From a virus: a stretch of DNA of 64,000 nucleotides. Each line of letters opens with the position of its first letter. The stretch's first letter is position 1. The position numbers were made by a program, and so were the translations under genes. The notes beneath the pieces were generated by a model, which searched no databases, was not told where the DNA came from, and worked only from the letters and a program-made list of their open reading frames with translations. This document shows positions 1 through 11,300 of the stretch, piece by piece. Location of the stretch: IMG/VR virus record IMGVR_UViG_3300020470_001313, positions 86,608 through 150,607 of that record; one strand, written 5' to 3'.

Positions 1-1280
1 TCATCACGTAATTCAAGAACCTGATAGTTATAAGTTACGTTTGGACCTGTAAGTAATGGCCAACCATATACGTTAGTAACAAGAACTGACTGTGCAAGTT
101 CAAAAGGAATAATTGTGTTTTGAACTGCCTTAGTATCTCTTGCTTTTGGAATATCAACATAATTTGGTGCAAGAGTATGAAGTCTATAACCTCTTACATA
201 CGCTTTACCTGGAGCAATCTCAGCAGCAAGATATTCATCTGATGCTGCTAGTCCAGCATCAGAACTTTCATCCTGTTGATACACACCATTATTAAATCCA
301 TCATCCTTATGCTCACGCATAGTGATTTCAAAACTATCAAGAGCATAATCTCCAGACTCTTCGTAAGTACGAATCGCCATTGATCTTTCAAGTTCTGAGT
401 ATGCAGTCTTTTCAACAAACTCTTGTACCTTAGAGTTCTTAAGACGCAACAATTCTATAAAGTTCTTATCAGAGTCATCGTCTATAGCTTTCTTAACCAG
501 AGAAGTTCTAATTCTAAATCTATGACCACCTGGAGCAGAATAGTTTGACGTACCTGCTGCGTTATCATTTAGAGATGGATCATCCTCAGAGGTAATAATA
601 GATTCTGATACCTCAAGTCCTACTCTGTATGATGGAGTATTTGTGTACTGATCTAGAATAATATAACCAGTAGGAACATCTACAAAATATCCACGAATGA
701 AATATACACCTTCGTTAATATATGCTGCTGAAGCAACTGCTGTAGCATTATCTGGTAACATCTGAGCGAAAGGTGAACCCATCTCAATCAATGTAGTACC
801 AAAAGTGATGTCAGCATCTGCCATCAATTGCTCATTATTTTTAAATTCCTTAACATCTGTATCAGAAGTAGAGTCAGCACTATCAATATACTTAACGTAT
901 AGTGTAATGTATCCTTTATCTGATGTACTTGATGATATAGAATATAATACCTTTGCCTTAATACCTGTCGTAACACCAGTAATTAACTTACCTGTCAACT
1001 GTTCTCTATACAACTCAACGTCAGCCCCTAAGAAGTTTTGTTGTAAAAGAATAGCAGAAACATTTAAGTCATAACCAATTTGACCAGGTATAACCATCGC
1101 ACCTTCTTTAAAGAAGTGCGTTCCCATGTTCTCAATCTGATTCTGCATGATTGATTGCATGGTCGTGAGTTCACGAGCCTGGATTGGAAACCCTGGTCGG
1201 AACAGCACCTTGTAAAAATTTTTATCCTTGTCAAAGTCGTCGTAATACGGCGTGACATTCAGGTTAGTATTCTGTGGCAT
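1..1280 (-). CDS. Virion structural protein, VrlC/DUF4815-like (5' part; runs off the left window edge)
   Basis: Not in the ORF track because it is truncated. ATG at 1280 reads MPQNTNLNVTPYYDDFDKDKNFYKVLFRPGFPIQARELTTMQS..., the typical N-terminus of the large structural protein that follows gp8 in T4-like cyanophages. Confidence 0.85.
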   Translation of the reverse strand, partial: MPQNTNLNVTPYYDDFDKDKNFYKVLFRPGFPIQARELTTMQSIMQNQIENMGTHFFKEGAMVIPGQIGYDLNVSAILLQQNFLGADVELYREQLTGKLITGVTTGIKAKVLYSISSSTSDKGYITLYVKYIDSADSTSDTDVKEFKNNEQLMADADITFGTTLIEMGSPFAQMLPDNATAVASAAYINEGVYFIRGYFVDVPTGYIILDQYTNTPSYRVGLEVSESIITSEDDPSLNDNAAGTSNYSAPGGHRFRIRTSLVKKAIDDDSDKNFIELLRLKNSKVQEFVEKTAYSELERSMAIRTYEESGDYALDSFEITMREHKDDGFNNGVYQQDESSDAGLAASDEYLAAEIAPGKAYVRGYRLHTLAPNYVDIPKARDTKAVQNTIIPFELAQSVLVTNVYGWPLLTGPNVTYNYQVLELRD

Positions 1281-1294
1281 CTTAGGGACTTATA

Positions 1295-2827
1295 TTAGAA
1301 TTCAATAACAACTTTAATGTCTTCAATCTGGTCGTTAGCACGAGAAATCGTACGTCTATTATCTATGTAGATAAGGTTACCAGAGTTAGACTCTATCTCA
1401 GGTTTTGCATAACCAGAGGTAAATCTCATACCTAGGTCATATTCGGTATTGTTAATAACACGAGAAGAAGTGTTAGGAACAGCAGGGAAGTTCACATCTG
1501 GGTCGCCAGAAGCACCAGAAGAAGAACCTTGAATGGCATTAGAACCATCAAACTCGTTCAGAGAACCAGTAACAGCAGGGAAAATACCATCAACTCTATT
1601 TTGATAATACTTAAGAACCTTAGTTGTTGAGTTCCATGAAATAACCTTACCAGTTGCAGTAACAGACTGACCACCTACAATACGAGTTTGAGTAATTGTT
1701 TCGTCAGGAATAAAGTTACCTTGGAAGGTTGTTGGGAAGATAACTGCTCTTGCAGCAGATAATGTTAGGTCAGAAAGAAGTTCGGTAGTACCATACTTCT
1801 TAGGATTAGTGCAAAGACCAATACGACGATAATCGTTATCAATCGGGAAGTCTCCAGCACCTTCATCATATGATAGCTTTGCGTTTACCATAACACGGTA
1901 AGCACCCACTTCCACTACAGGGTCTTTACCATGACCACCAGGAGGTGGAATGATAACATCAATTTGTCCACCTGTTCCAGTACCAATACCAGAAACAGCG
2001 TTAACAGTTACTTTACCAAAGGAATATCCAGTACCACCAGATGTCACAGTAGCAGAAATAACACGTCCACCATCAACTACGATAGAAACACGACCACCAG
2101 TTCCGTCTCCAGCAATTGCTACGTTATCGTATGTACCATTGTTATAACCTGAACCAGATGAAGTAATGACAACAGTGTCAATTTCACCAGCAACAGCATT
2201 AGAACTTACTGAAGCATCACTGAATACAGGCATGTAATCAGCAGAGAAGAACTTCAGAACCTGTGCGACAGGAATAGTATACATATACTTCCAACGATAC
2301 CCGTCAGAAGTAGTGATGATGGATGTAGAAGTACCAGTAGGTTCAATGGTAGAAGGCTTACCATTAGGGTCAGCAGGACTAGTACCGTTATAGATGCACT
2401 TATAAACTTGGTAATTGGAGTTAACGACATAGAAGTCAGAGTCATACAACTTGGTAGCACCAGATGATGCTGTGTTAGTTGGTGAATAGTCATGACGATA
2501 CATGTCATAAGTATAACCCAAACCACCAGTAGTTTGCTCTGGGGGAATCCAGTCAATACGACGTACAACTTGAATCGTGTCGGCAGCAAGAACACGCTTC
2601 AATGACATCATATCATCGTAAGCATCAGAGAACTCATCAAATGAGTCAACCGCCTGGGGTGGGGAATTTTCGTTGTCCCATTCTTGGGGACGACCAATAA
2701 AGATGTAAAGACGATCCCTATCGTCACCAGCAACTGTGTCACTTGCCAGAGGATCTGGTCCTTCCAGTGACTTAATAAATTTTTGTGCTGTAAATATTCT
2801 GAATTGATCAGTAAGTAGTGCTGCCAT
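1295..2827 (-). CDS. gp8: Baseplate wedge subunit gp8
   Basis: 510 aa; YIFIGRPQEW, VYKCIYN, DGYRWKYMYTI and C-terminal YIDNR..I.R...QIEDIKVVIEF motifs; position in the baseplate cluster. Confidence 0.9.
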   Translation of the reverse strand: MAALLTDQFRIFTAQKFIKSLEGPDPLASDTVAGDDRDRLYIFIGRPQEWDNENSPPQAVDSFDEFSDAYDDMMSLKRVLAADTIQVVRRIDWIPPEQTTGGLGYTYDMYRHDYSPTNTASSGATKLYDSDFYVVNSNYQVYKCIYNGTSPADPNGKPSTIEPTGTSTSIITTSDGYRWKYMYTIPVAQVLKFFSADYMPVFSDASVSSNAVAGEIDTVVITSSGSGYNNGTYDNVAIAGDGTGGRVSIVVDGGRVISATVTSGGTGYSFGKVTVNAVSGIGTGTGGQIDVIIPPPGGHGKDPVVEVGAYRVMVNAKLSYDEGAGDFPIDNDYRRIGLCTNPKKYGTTELLSDLTLSAARAVIFPTTFQGNFIPDETITQTRIVGGQSVTATGKVISWNSTTKVLKYYQNRVDGIFPAVTGSLNEFDGSNAIQGSSSGASGDPDVNFPAVPNTSSRVINNTEYDLGMRFTSGYAKPEIESNSGNLIYIDNRRTISRANDQIEDIKVVIEF

Positions 2828-2850
2828 GGCCTATGGGGTTTCCTCCGTTT

Positions 2851-2858
2851 TATTTATA
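2851..2858 (-). promoter_or_regulatory. T4-type late promoter TATAAATA upstream of gp8
   Basis: Plus strand tatttata = TATAAATA on minus, about 25 nt upstream of the gp8 start. Confidence 0.75.
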
Positions 2859-2859
2859 C

Positions 2860-5800
2860 TCAGTCGTTGCGGATACTTGTATCATAGCTTATACTCTTTA
2901 TTCTCCAAGAAGCACCACCCGCACCAACGAGCTTCTCACCACCGAGGATAACCTCAGCAACTGCACCGCTTCCTGTAGTATCAATACCTGCATTTGTAAA
3001 GGTCACAGTAGGGTGCAAAGTACCTGCTGTAACTACTTTCTTATATCCGTAACCACCATTAGTCACAGTTAAAGAACCAACCTGGTCACCGTCAGATGTC
3101 ATATTAACAACTGCTTGTGCTTGTATCTCACCAGAATTTTCAATTACAACTGTTGGAGTTGCAGTATAATCAAGTCCTGGTTCCAGTACCCTAACCTCTG
3201 TCACAGTAGAATCATCAGAGAACTCATAGAAATAACCATTAGTTCCGAGGTTTAGATTATTAGTAAAGTATGGAAGTGGGTTGATAAGAACGAGAGTTCT
3301 AGTTGCTTGTTCCCATGATTCCACGGTTGCTTGAATATTAGAACTTTGTCCTGTTACAGTCTCACCTACAACAAATGCTACACTATTAGTATCTGTTGAT
3401 GCTAATTTTACTCTTATTCTAGCAGTATGCTCAACACCATCTCTTAATGCTCCAGCAGATTCAACCGTGGAATATTTAAATGGTATAGAAGCATCTTTTA
3501 CTTGGTCACCTATGGCAAAGATAGTAGTGTTTTGTCCACCAACGGTTTCTTCAATACCATATAATGAACTATGTATTCCACCATCAAGGTTAATTTGGTC
3601 AGCATAATCTGTACCAGTATTAACAACATCAGGAATACCGTCACCAGCACCTGATGCCTCATCATCATCTTCAAACTTTTTATCAGTTAAAATTAACTGA
3701 TAAACTACAATTTGATCACCAATAGAATCAACTATAACATGTGGTAGTTGTGTGTTAGATGATGCATTAGGAGTACCACCATCAAAAGCAACTGTTCTAT
3801 CTGATGTTGATGGGATACCAGCATCAATGAATGCCAACTCATCAACTTCAAATACAATTAACAGTTCTCTACTTACTGGGTTCCAGTCATAAACTTTAGC
3901 AATCTTATTACTTGCACTCTCAACCCTACGAACTAATCTATCTCCAACATTAAATTCGTATGTTGATACACCATCAACGTTCTGAATACCATCAACTATA
4001 ACTCTCTGGTCATATCTGAAGTTAGTACCTCTAGTACATCCTAAAAATTTCTTTTCATTTTTACTAGTATATTCAATAATCTCCTTACCGATCATGAATT
4101 TACCAGAGCCAGGATAGGCATCAGTATTATGTACGACTACTTCATCATCGTTAGTATCAAGAGATTTTTGAAGACCAGTAATAAAGAAACTAGCAGCATT
4201 AAAAGACTGACGATTTCTAACCTTTCTTTTTACATTAACTAGTTTAGTGAATATAATATTAGGTGCTGAAGTATATCCTCTACCTGGATCAGTAACATCA
4301 ATACCTACAACTTCACCTTGTTCAATTCTTGCAGTTGCTCTAGCACCGACTCCACCACCACCTTGAATATAAACATATGGTGGTTCTTGATAGAACCTAC
4401 CTGGATTAGTAACAGCAATATTAGTAATAATACCACTATAATCAATGTTAGCAACACCCTCAGCATCTTGTCCACCACCACCTTGGAAGAAGAGAGTCGG
4501 AGGAGTTATATAACCAGAACCAGGATTATCTAATGATAGACCACTTATAGACTGTGTTACGGGAGTAGCAGCTGCACCAGTACCTTCACCACCAAGTATA
4601 TCTGCTCTTGCTTCACCAAAATATCCATCACCACCAGCAATCATCCTAACATATTCTACCTGACCTGCATTAGTTTCACTAAGAACAACTTCTGCTCTAG
4701 CACCGCTAGGTACTTCAGCAGCTTGTACAGGAGGATCTTCACCCTTTCTAACCACTCCACCATAATAAGTGTTACCAATAGCATAAGGATACTCAGGAGT
4801 ACTATCAGATGCTGTTGTCATAAAGTATGCATAAGTTCCATTTGGATACTCAGGAGTTACACAATACCTACCATTATGTTCATCAAGATCACCTTCAGTA
4901 GCATCCCAAATATAGTCTTGAATAAATGTACCAGCAGGATAATTTAGAATATTAGTCTTATTACCCATGTTAGGATGCATGTAACAGAAGTAATGTAAAT
5001 TAGCAGGTGCAAACCAAGGAACTGTAATTACAAGTTTTCTTGTTGTAGCAGAATTATAATTACTAACATACTGGGCATATGTTACTGCATTACCATTAAT
5101 ATAATACGTAACACCACGTTCGTAAAGAACATCTTGATCATATAAAGTCTGACTATCTGCATGCCAACCTTGCTTACCTTCTTCACCAGCAAAATCTGTT
5201 AGTAGTAATGTATGATCATCATTACTTGAATCATCTAAATTAAATGTAACTGTATCACCACGATTGATAAGTTCAATAGGTGCTTCAACTCCATTAAGGA
5301 GGAACTTACCATTAGCAGCAGTTACAGTATAAGTTGTATTAGTAGGTGTATTGATCCCTACTCTATTACCATCAATCTCAACACCTGTTTTTAATCTATA
5401 ACCTGTATCAATTCTCTTAATAGCAGACTGATCATCTAATGGTGTAGTATAACCAAATGGTCCATATATTGGATAACCATCATAGGATATACCTAAAATC
5501 TTACTGTGACCATTAGCATGACGTGACTTATCTCCACCAAAATTAGATTCACTATAATAAGTCTTAATTGTAAATAAACTATTACTAGCAGAGAATGAAT
5601 CAACTACTTTAGCATCTTGAAACAAATATAAGTGACTACTATTAGGATAACCATGATAAGCATCATGATCTCTATAATTTATCTTAATCTGATCAAAATT
5701 AAATCCAACAGGAGGAGTACCATCTGATCCTGCATCTGGAGATATTAATGGTGAACCATTGGCAAGTAATCCAACCTGTTCTGGAAGACGATTTGGATTA

Positions 5801-6297
5801 TCTTCAATAGGAACATCTTTACCACCACGATATACTATCGTATGTGAATAATCTTGAGCAAATATATTATTGTTATTAAATGTACTAGGAAATACTCCTG
5901 TTCTAGCAGGGTCTGGAAGATTGTTTGATACAAGTGTTAACCTGTCTCCAGCAAATGCTCCAGTAGTAATAGATGCTGTGGTACTACTTAAAATACTTCT
6001 AATATCAAAAGAATCATTAGTTAAGTTATCATCCTGCTTGGCTGATATAACAACACGAAGAGGGTCATAACCTTTACCACCATCTAATACTCTTACATGA
6101 ACAATTTTACCTGCTTCTATTATTGGATATAATATTGCTTCAACCTCTGGTGTGCCACAATTAGTCACATCCAACTTAGGAGGATCGGTAGCAACATAGT
6201 CTTTACCACCGTCTTTAACGACAACAGCATCTACACCAAAGTCTTTATTAAAGATTGGTGTAATAACTGCTCCAGATCCAGGTATTGTTCTCGTCAT
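2860..6297 (-). CDS. Virion structural protein with YHYH-like domain, inserted cupredoxin-like domain and G-x-GY-rich baseplate repeats
   Basis: 1145 aa; GHSKILGISYDGYPIYGPFGY...GDLDEHNGRYCVTPEYPNGTYAYF (YHYH family core); HYFCYMHPNMG; repeats of PGSGY..PP...GGGG.GA.A. Confidence 0.7.
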   Translation of the reverse strand: MTRTIPGSGAVITPIFNKDFGVDAVVVKDGGKDYVATDPPKLDVTNCGTPEVEAILYPIIEAGKIVHVRVLDGGKGYDPLRVVISAKQDDNLTNDSFDIRSILSSTTASITTGAFAGDRLTLVSNNLPDPARTGVFPSTFNNNNIFAQDYSHTIVYRGGKDVPIEDNPNRLPEQVGLLANGSPLISPDAGSDGTPPVGFNFDQIKINYRDHDAYHGYPNSSHLYLFQDAKVVDSFSASNSLFTIKTYYSESNFGGDKSRHANGHSKILGISYDGYPIYGPFGYTTPLDDQSAIKRIDTGYRLKTGVEIDGNRVGINTPTNTTYTVTAANGKFLLNGVEAPIELINRGDTVTFNLDDSSNDDHTLLLTDFAGEEGKQGWHADSQTLYDQDVLYERGVTYYINGNAVTYAQYVSNYNSATTRKLVITVPWFAPANLHYFCYMHPNMGNKTNILNYPAGTFIQDYIWDATEGDLDEHNGRYCVTPEYPNGTYAYFMTTASDSTPEYPYAIGNTYYGGVVRKGEDPPVQAAEVPSGARAEVVLSETNAGQVEYVRMIAGGDGYFGEARADILGGEGTGAAATPVTQSISGLSLDNPGSGYITPPTLFFQGGGGQDAEGVANIDYSGIITNIAVTNPGRFYQEPPYVYIQGGGGVGARATARIEQGEVVGIDVTDPGRGYTSAPNIIFTKLVNVKRKVRNRQSFNAASFFITGLQKSLDTNDDEVVVHNTDAYPGSGKFMIGKEIIEYTSKNEKKFLGCTRGTNFRYDQRVIVDGIQNVDGVSTYEFNVGDRLVRRVESASNKIAKVYDWNPVSRELLIVFEVDELAFIDAGIPSTSDRTVAFDGGTPNASSNTQLPHVIVDSIGDQIVVYQLILTDKKFEDDDEASGAGDGIPDVVNTGTDYADQINLDGGIHSSLYGIEETVGGQNTTIFAIGDQVKDASIPFKYSTVESAGALRDGVEHTARIRVKLASTDTNSVAFVVGETVTGQSSNIQATVESWEQATRTLVLINPLPYFTNNLNLGTNGYFYEFSDDSTVTEVRVLEPGLDYTATPTVVIENSGEIQAQAVVNMTSDGDQVGSLTVTNGGYGYKKVVTAGTLHPTVTFTNAGIDTTGSGAVAEVILGGEKLVGAGGASWRIKSISYDTSIRND

Positions 6298-6300
6298 TTA

Positions 6301-7485
6301 TTAAGTTACGATTACGATTTGGTTGCCCATATTGGGATGCATGGTACACTGATAATATAATGTTGCTGGTGCATCCATAGGTACTACGAATGTAGTTGTA
6401 CCAGAACCATCATTAGTCACTCCAGCAGTATAAGCATTACCACCATTTGATTGTCTTATTTCAAATGGATGAACAACATACTGAGAATCATTCTTAAATC
6501 TGTAAACTTGTCCTCTCGTCAAATAAAGAATAGGATCATTAGTAGCACTTACAAATCCTGAACCAGTAAATGTATAGTGAGAGTTAGTTCCATCTTCACC
6601 TAAAGTCCATGTTATTGTTGGACCTGAAACTGGAATCCAGTCAAATCCATCATACATCAACATGTCTCCTTCAGATACACCTGTACCTGAATATGAGAAT
6701 CCACCAGAACCAGTATAGTTAATGGTTAAGGTGTCACCAGTAATACTGGTTGTTATAGATGTACCACCAGTAACAGTTAATGTATCAGTTGCTCCAAGAG
6801 CAGTTGTTGTACCAGTGTCAGCATTGATTGTAGCAAATATATTTCCACCACCAGCCCCGCCACCAGTTCCAGGTCTAAACTCACCGTTTGCTGCATTCCA
6901 GGTAGGAACTTCCCCGTCTGCATAGGTTGTACTTTGAACATTACCAATACTCTGTAATGTTGAAGTTGTGGTATCTAATATCTCACGCCATCCAGCAGAT
7001 GCAGAATAATATGCTTTTGCTACGTCATTAACGTATGCAAACATTCCAGTATATGTTCCATGAGGAGGAAGATTAGCAGAAGCAACATAAGGAGCATTCC
7101 ACTTTAAAAATCCATCAGCACCATCAATAATAGTATCGGTAGCATTAGTACCATTTCTTAAAGCAATATCTCCAGTACCATCAGACTGTATTAGAATATT
7201 ACCATTATTAGATGATACAATGTTATATCCATTAACGTTTAAATTCTGTTCTAAAATTGCCTTATTAGTACCTTGCCCTGGAGCAAAAGCAGTACCATTC
7301 CAAGTCAAAGAATCTCCTAAGTTAGGAGATGCAGTACTTACTAGAAGGTTGGTTGCACCAGAAGATCCACCTAATGAATCGTAGAGTTCAGTGAAATTAT
7401 CATTGACTTTCGTACCACCAGCACGTAGTGAATCACCAGTGCCATCATTAGCGGTAGTACCAAGTGCTAGTAGTTGTTTTGCCAT
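6301..7485 (-). CDS. gp9: gp9-like baseplate wedge / tail-fibre connector with C-terminal cupredoxin-like domain
   Basis: N-terminus MAKQLLALGTTANDGTGDSLRAGGTKVNDNFTELY matches the gp9/gp10 N-terminal motif; C-terminus LYYQCTMHPNMGNQI. Confidence 0.7.
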   Translation of the reverse strand: MAKQLLALGTTANDGTGDSLRAGGTKVNDNFTELYDSLGGSSGATNLLVSTASPNLGDSLTWNGTAFAPGQGTNKAILEQNLNVNGYNIVSSNNGNILIQSDGTGDIALRNGTNATDTIIDGADGFLKWNAPYVASANLPPHGTYTGMFAYVNDVAKAYYSASAGWREILDTTTSTLQSIGNVQSTTYADGEVPTWNAANGEFRPGTGGGAGGGNIFATINADTGTTTALGATDTLTVTGGTSITTSITGDTLTINYTGSGGFSYSGTGVSEGDMLMYDGFDWIPVSGPTITWTLGEDGTNSHYTFTGSGFVSATNDPILYLTRGQVYRFKNDSQYVVHPFEIRQSNGGNAYTAGVTNDGSGTTTFVVPMDAPATLYYQCTMHPNMGNQIVIVT

Positions 7486-7502
7486 TAGACTAAGTTTTTA
7501 AG

Positions 7503-7510
7503 TATTTATG
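7503..7510 (-). promoter_or_regulatory. Late promoter-like CATAAATA upstream of gp9-like gene
   Basis: Plus strand tatttatg, overlapping the upstream stop codon. Confidence 0.55.
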
Positions 7511-8360
7511 AAGGTCTCTGTTCTTTAGTACTAGGACCAAAGATATATGGGTATACTGGCTTGTTATCCTCATCTAATGTGAGATAATAAGCAAATGTAC
7601 CACTAGGAAATTCAGGAGTAACTGCGTATCTACCATTATAAACGTCCAAGTCTCCTAAACCGTTAACGTATTCATAATCTTGAATAAAAGTTCCAGCATT
7701 ATATTGACTGTAACTATATGTTCTATTCGCAGGTGGAGTAGTCAATACTCTATATGAACTAGTGAGTCTTTTAGTTCCTTGTGAATTATCAGTTGAAACT
7801 TTATACCCAAATGGTCCATATATGGGATACCCATCAAAACATATACCAACGATCTTTGAATGACCATCAGGATGTCTAAAGAAGTTACCTTCATAGTTAG
7901 AGTTTGAGAAGTATCCATTAGATTGAATTACTCCATTTGCCCAACAGTTAGTGAGAAAACTTCCTGAATGATAATGGTATGATCCATTCTGCTCTGGGTG
8001 CCCCCCACAAGGGTCTACACCGTACGCTGCTTCATTATATACTGCATTCCATTGAAAATTATCAGGTAGAGGATTAGTATCCCCAGGTAGAGGACCACCA
8101 GCCGCAGAGGGGTTGGTAATCAAAACACCATTAAGTGCAATACCTATACCACCAAGACCAGTTGCTTGAGGGTTAGAAGTATTAGTTCCACCTCTATATG
8201 TAATATCAAAACTATAAGTCTGAGCAGAGATATTATTAGGATTATTGGGGAAATTCCCAGAACCTAAAGGATCTCCAGCTAGAGCAGGATCGGGAAGACC
8301 ATTACTTGTTACAGTAAGAGTATTCCCATCAATAGTAGCAGTAGTATTTGAAGCTGGCAT
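7506..8360 (-). CDS. YHYH domain protein
   Basis: 284 aa; IGIALNGV, DPCGGHPEQNGSYHYH, GHSKIVGICFDGYPIYGP, GDLDVYNGR. Confidence 0.85.
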   Translation of the reverse strand: MPASNTTATIDGNTLTVTSNGLPDPALAGDPLGSGNFPNNPNNISAQTYSFDITYRGGTNTSNPQATGLGGIGIALNGVLITNPSAAGGPLPGDTNPLPDNFQWNAVYNEAAYGVDPCGGHPEQNGSYHYHSGSFLTNCWANGVIQSNGYFSNSNYEGNFFRHPDGHSKIVGICFDGYPIYGPFGYKVSTDNSQGTKRLTSSYRVLTTPPANRTYSYSQYNAGTFIQDYEYVNGLGDLDVYNGRYAVTPEFPSGTFAYYLTLDEDNKPVYPYIFGPSTKEQRPS

Positions 8361-8377
8361 TGTTCAGAACTTTTTAA

Positions 8378-8385
8378 TATTTATG
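8378..8385 (-). promoter_or_regulatory. Late promoter-like CATAAATA upstream of YHYH gene
   Basis: Plus strand tatttatg, overlapping the gp7-like stop codon. Confidence 0.55.
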
Positions 8386-11300
8386 GTGTACTTGACCATA
8401 TGCTTGTTACAGCGAAGACTCCAAGTGTAGTACCTGTACCCGCTGGAGATGATCCTTGTCCAGGAATGTCTCCACTGTCCACATTAGCAAGATTTTCAGG
8501 TGTTACATTAATAACATCACTATCAACAATCTCTTCTTTATAAAGAGCTTCTTCACCGTATGCACTTAAATCTGGAGCAGTCCAATCATCAGCAACCACT
8601 TGCGTGATAGTAACACCAGGATAATTGTAACCAGAACCAGGGGCGGTTGTATCTACACGAGAAACACCAACCAGTGCCTTAACTGCGCCATCAAAACCAG
8701 ATGCACTGTCAACACGGATAACTGGACGTGCGCTAAATCCAGATCCAGGATTGGTTACCTGAACAGAATCAATTCTATTTTTAACGATAGTAGCATTACC
8801 TTGAGCATCACGACCAAATACAGATCCGATATACTCAAATGTTACTAGTGTGTTAGAAGATTCAATAACAGCAACTTCTCTATCCTCAGTTTCACCTTGG
8901 ATGTCTAGAAGGTCACCTGCCTCAATTGGAGGAACAACCTCAGACTGCGTAACGTCAGCGTCAGAACCAATATACGCGAAACCAACAAATGTAGATCCTA
9001 CACGAGGAGTTTCTTTGAAGACGACACGAGAACCAACAAGTTCAAAACCGATTCCAGGTTGCTGAATAACACCGTTAAGTGATATAATGATGTTGTTGTC
9101 TGCGATAATAGACTCAGTTGCCTGTACACCTTCAGTAAGTGCGATAGAGTAGAATGTACCATCACGCTTGAGGTTGAAGGATGATCTCAATGAGTCAAAC
9201 TCAAATGATATATCATCCAACTGTCTCATCTTACCTACGTAGAAACCAGTGAAGGAAGATCCAATAGTAGGTGCTTCGTTAAACTGTATGATATCAGAGA
9301 ATGCTGTGTATGAACCAGCTGCGCCTGGAGGTTGTAGAATACCATTCACAAAGATCATCATATGACCTTCAGGATCTGGGAAGTATGGAGTACCGTTTTG
9401 CTCAGTTAGTTTGAACTGTGTTTGTGTACCATCAAATCCAACGAACCAGCGAGATGTACGTCCTACGACATCTATTTTCTCACTAGATGCTGCTTTATAT
9501 CCATCATCAGAAATGATAGTATCATTTCCAGTAAATGTTCCAACAACATCGCTTAGATAAACACGATTTGTTAATCCAATTTCATCAATTCTACTTACTG
9601 TACCGTAAGCAGTTGTAGTTGCGTTAACTGTAGTAGATACCTGACCATAAATTATTGGACTTGAAGTTTCACCTAATTGATATTGACCAATATATTGACC
9701 ATTAGCGAATGCGGAAGATCCTATTGGTGACACGTACAAGTAATTATTTGAATCATCCCATCCAGTAACAATACCATATGCACCACCTTCAATTATTGAC
9801 TGGTTGTTATTTGCCTGATAAACATACTGACCAACTGTAAAGTCAAGAGTTGCGTTAGGACCTGTGAGAGTAACACCTAAGCGTGTATATCCAGTAGCAA
9901 CAACCTTATCACCTGTAGCAATATTCGCTGCTATGGAAGGATGCTTAGTAACATCTAAGTAAATTCTAGTAGCATCTGGATAAACAATTGAATTCTCTTC
10001 AAATGAACCTATAACACTTTCAGTATCAAGTGTAAGTTTACCACCTGTATTATCAAGAACAGCACCTTCATTCTTATTGAATGATACGATATCTGCCTTA
10101 GCACCACTACTATAACCCTTGAATGAATATCCAGGTTTCATCTCATTAACAAGATTAATAACTTGGAATCTATCAACGATAGTCTGAATACCAGCGTTAG
10201 TTAAAGTACCAACTTCAAATGTGATATTTGGAGCACCACCATTACCTAATAGTGCGTCAGGAAGTGTTAATACATCACTAACACCATATCCAGTACCACC
10301 ATTAGCAATTGTAATGTTAGCAGCACCTTGATCATCAACAGTTACGTTGAATGTTGCGTTAGAACCATTACCACCTGTAGCAGCTATACCATCGTAAGAA
10401 CCTTGAGTTCTATTTGCATTAGCACCAGCATTTGTTAGATTAGTGATAGATCCAACAAGGTTAGTACCACCTGCGAGAGCAGCACCAGAAGTTTGACCTG
10501 TAATTCCTAAGTATTGTGTGAATGTACCCGCACTGATTACAACATCCATATAACGGAAGTTATCATCAGATGATGTAGCATAAACAACACCTGTTATAGC
10601 AGCGTTACCAGTGATCTGTACAATTTCACCTAAAGCGAAGTCTGCATTACCACTACCTAGAGTAACCTGATCTGCCTTGAAACTAAATCTCTTAAAGATC
10701 TTAGCAATTCTTGCTTCGTTACTTGTAACTTTTTCAATTTCAGCATAACTGTCAGATCCAATACCATAGAAATGATCAGAACCAACTAACTTCTGTCCCA
10801 ATCCAACTGGAATATTTCTAGAACCACCTGCAACATATGTTACTACTGGTAGAGTTACACCAACAAAACCAGTTTGCTGTTCATAGAAACTATCATCTAC
10901 AAGTTGTGACTTATAAAGTCTGATAGTATTCTTGATACGGAACATTACTTCAGGAGTATCATAGTATATGTTCAGTTCTGGTTTATATGCAGGTATTGTT
11001 CCAGAATCAGGAGCAGGATTAGTTAAATTATTATTGAGTTGTTCCTCAACAAAGTCCTCAAATTTATCAAGAATGTAGTTCTTAATATTAAATTCATCAG
11101 AGATGTAGAACTTCTCACCAGCCTCAGACTGATAGATGTCTAGGAATCCCTTATTAAGTTTAGCACCCCAGATAAATGATCCAGAAGTACCATCACCCTG
11201 AGAACCACCACCAGCTAAAGTACCAGTATTATTGAGCATATATTCCTTCATAGTAATAGAAGAAATACCGAATGGAACACGAATTGTGATGAATGGGCGG

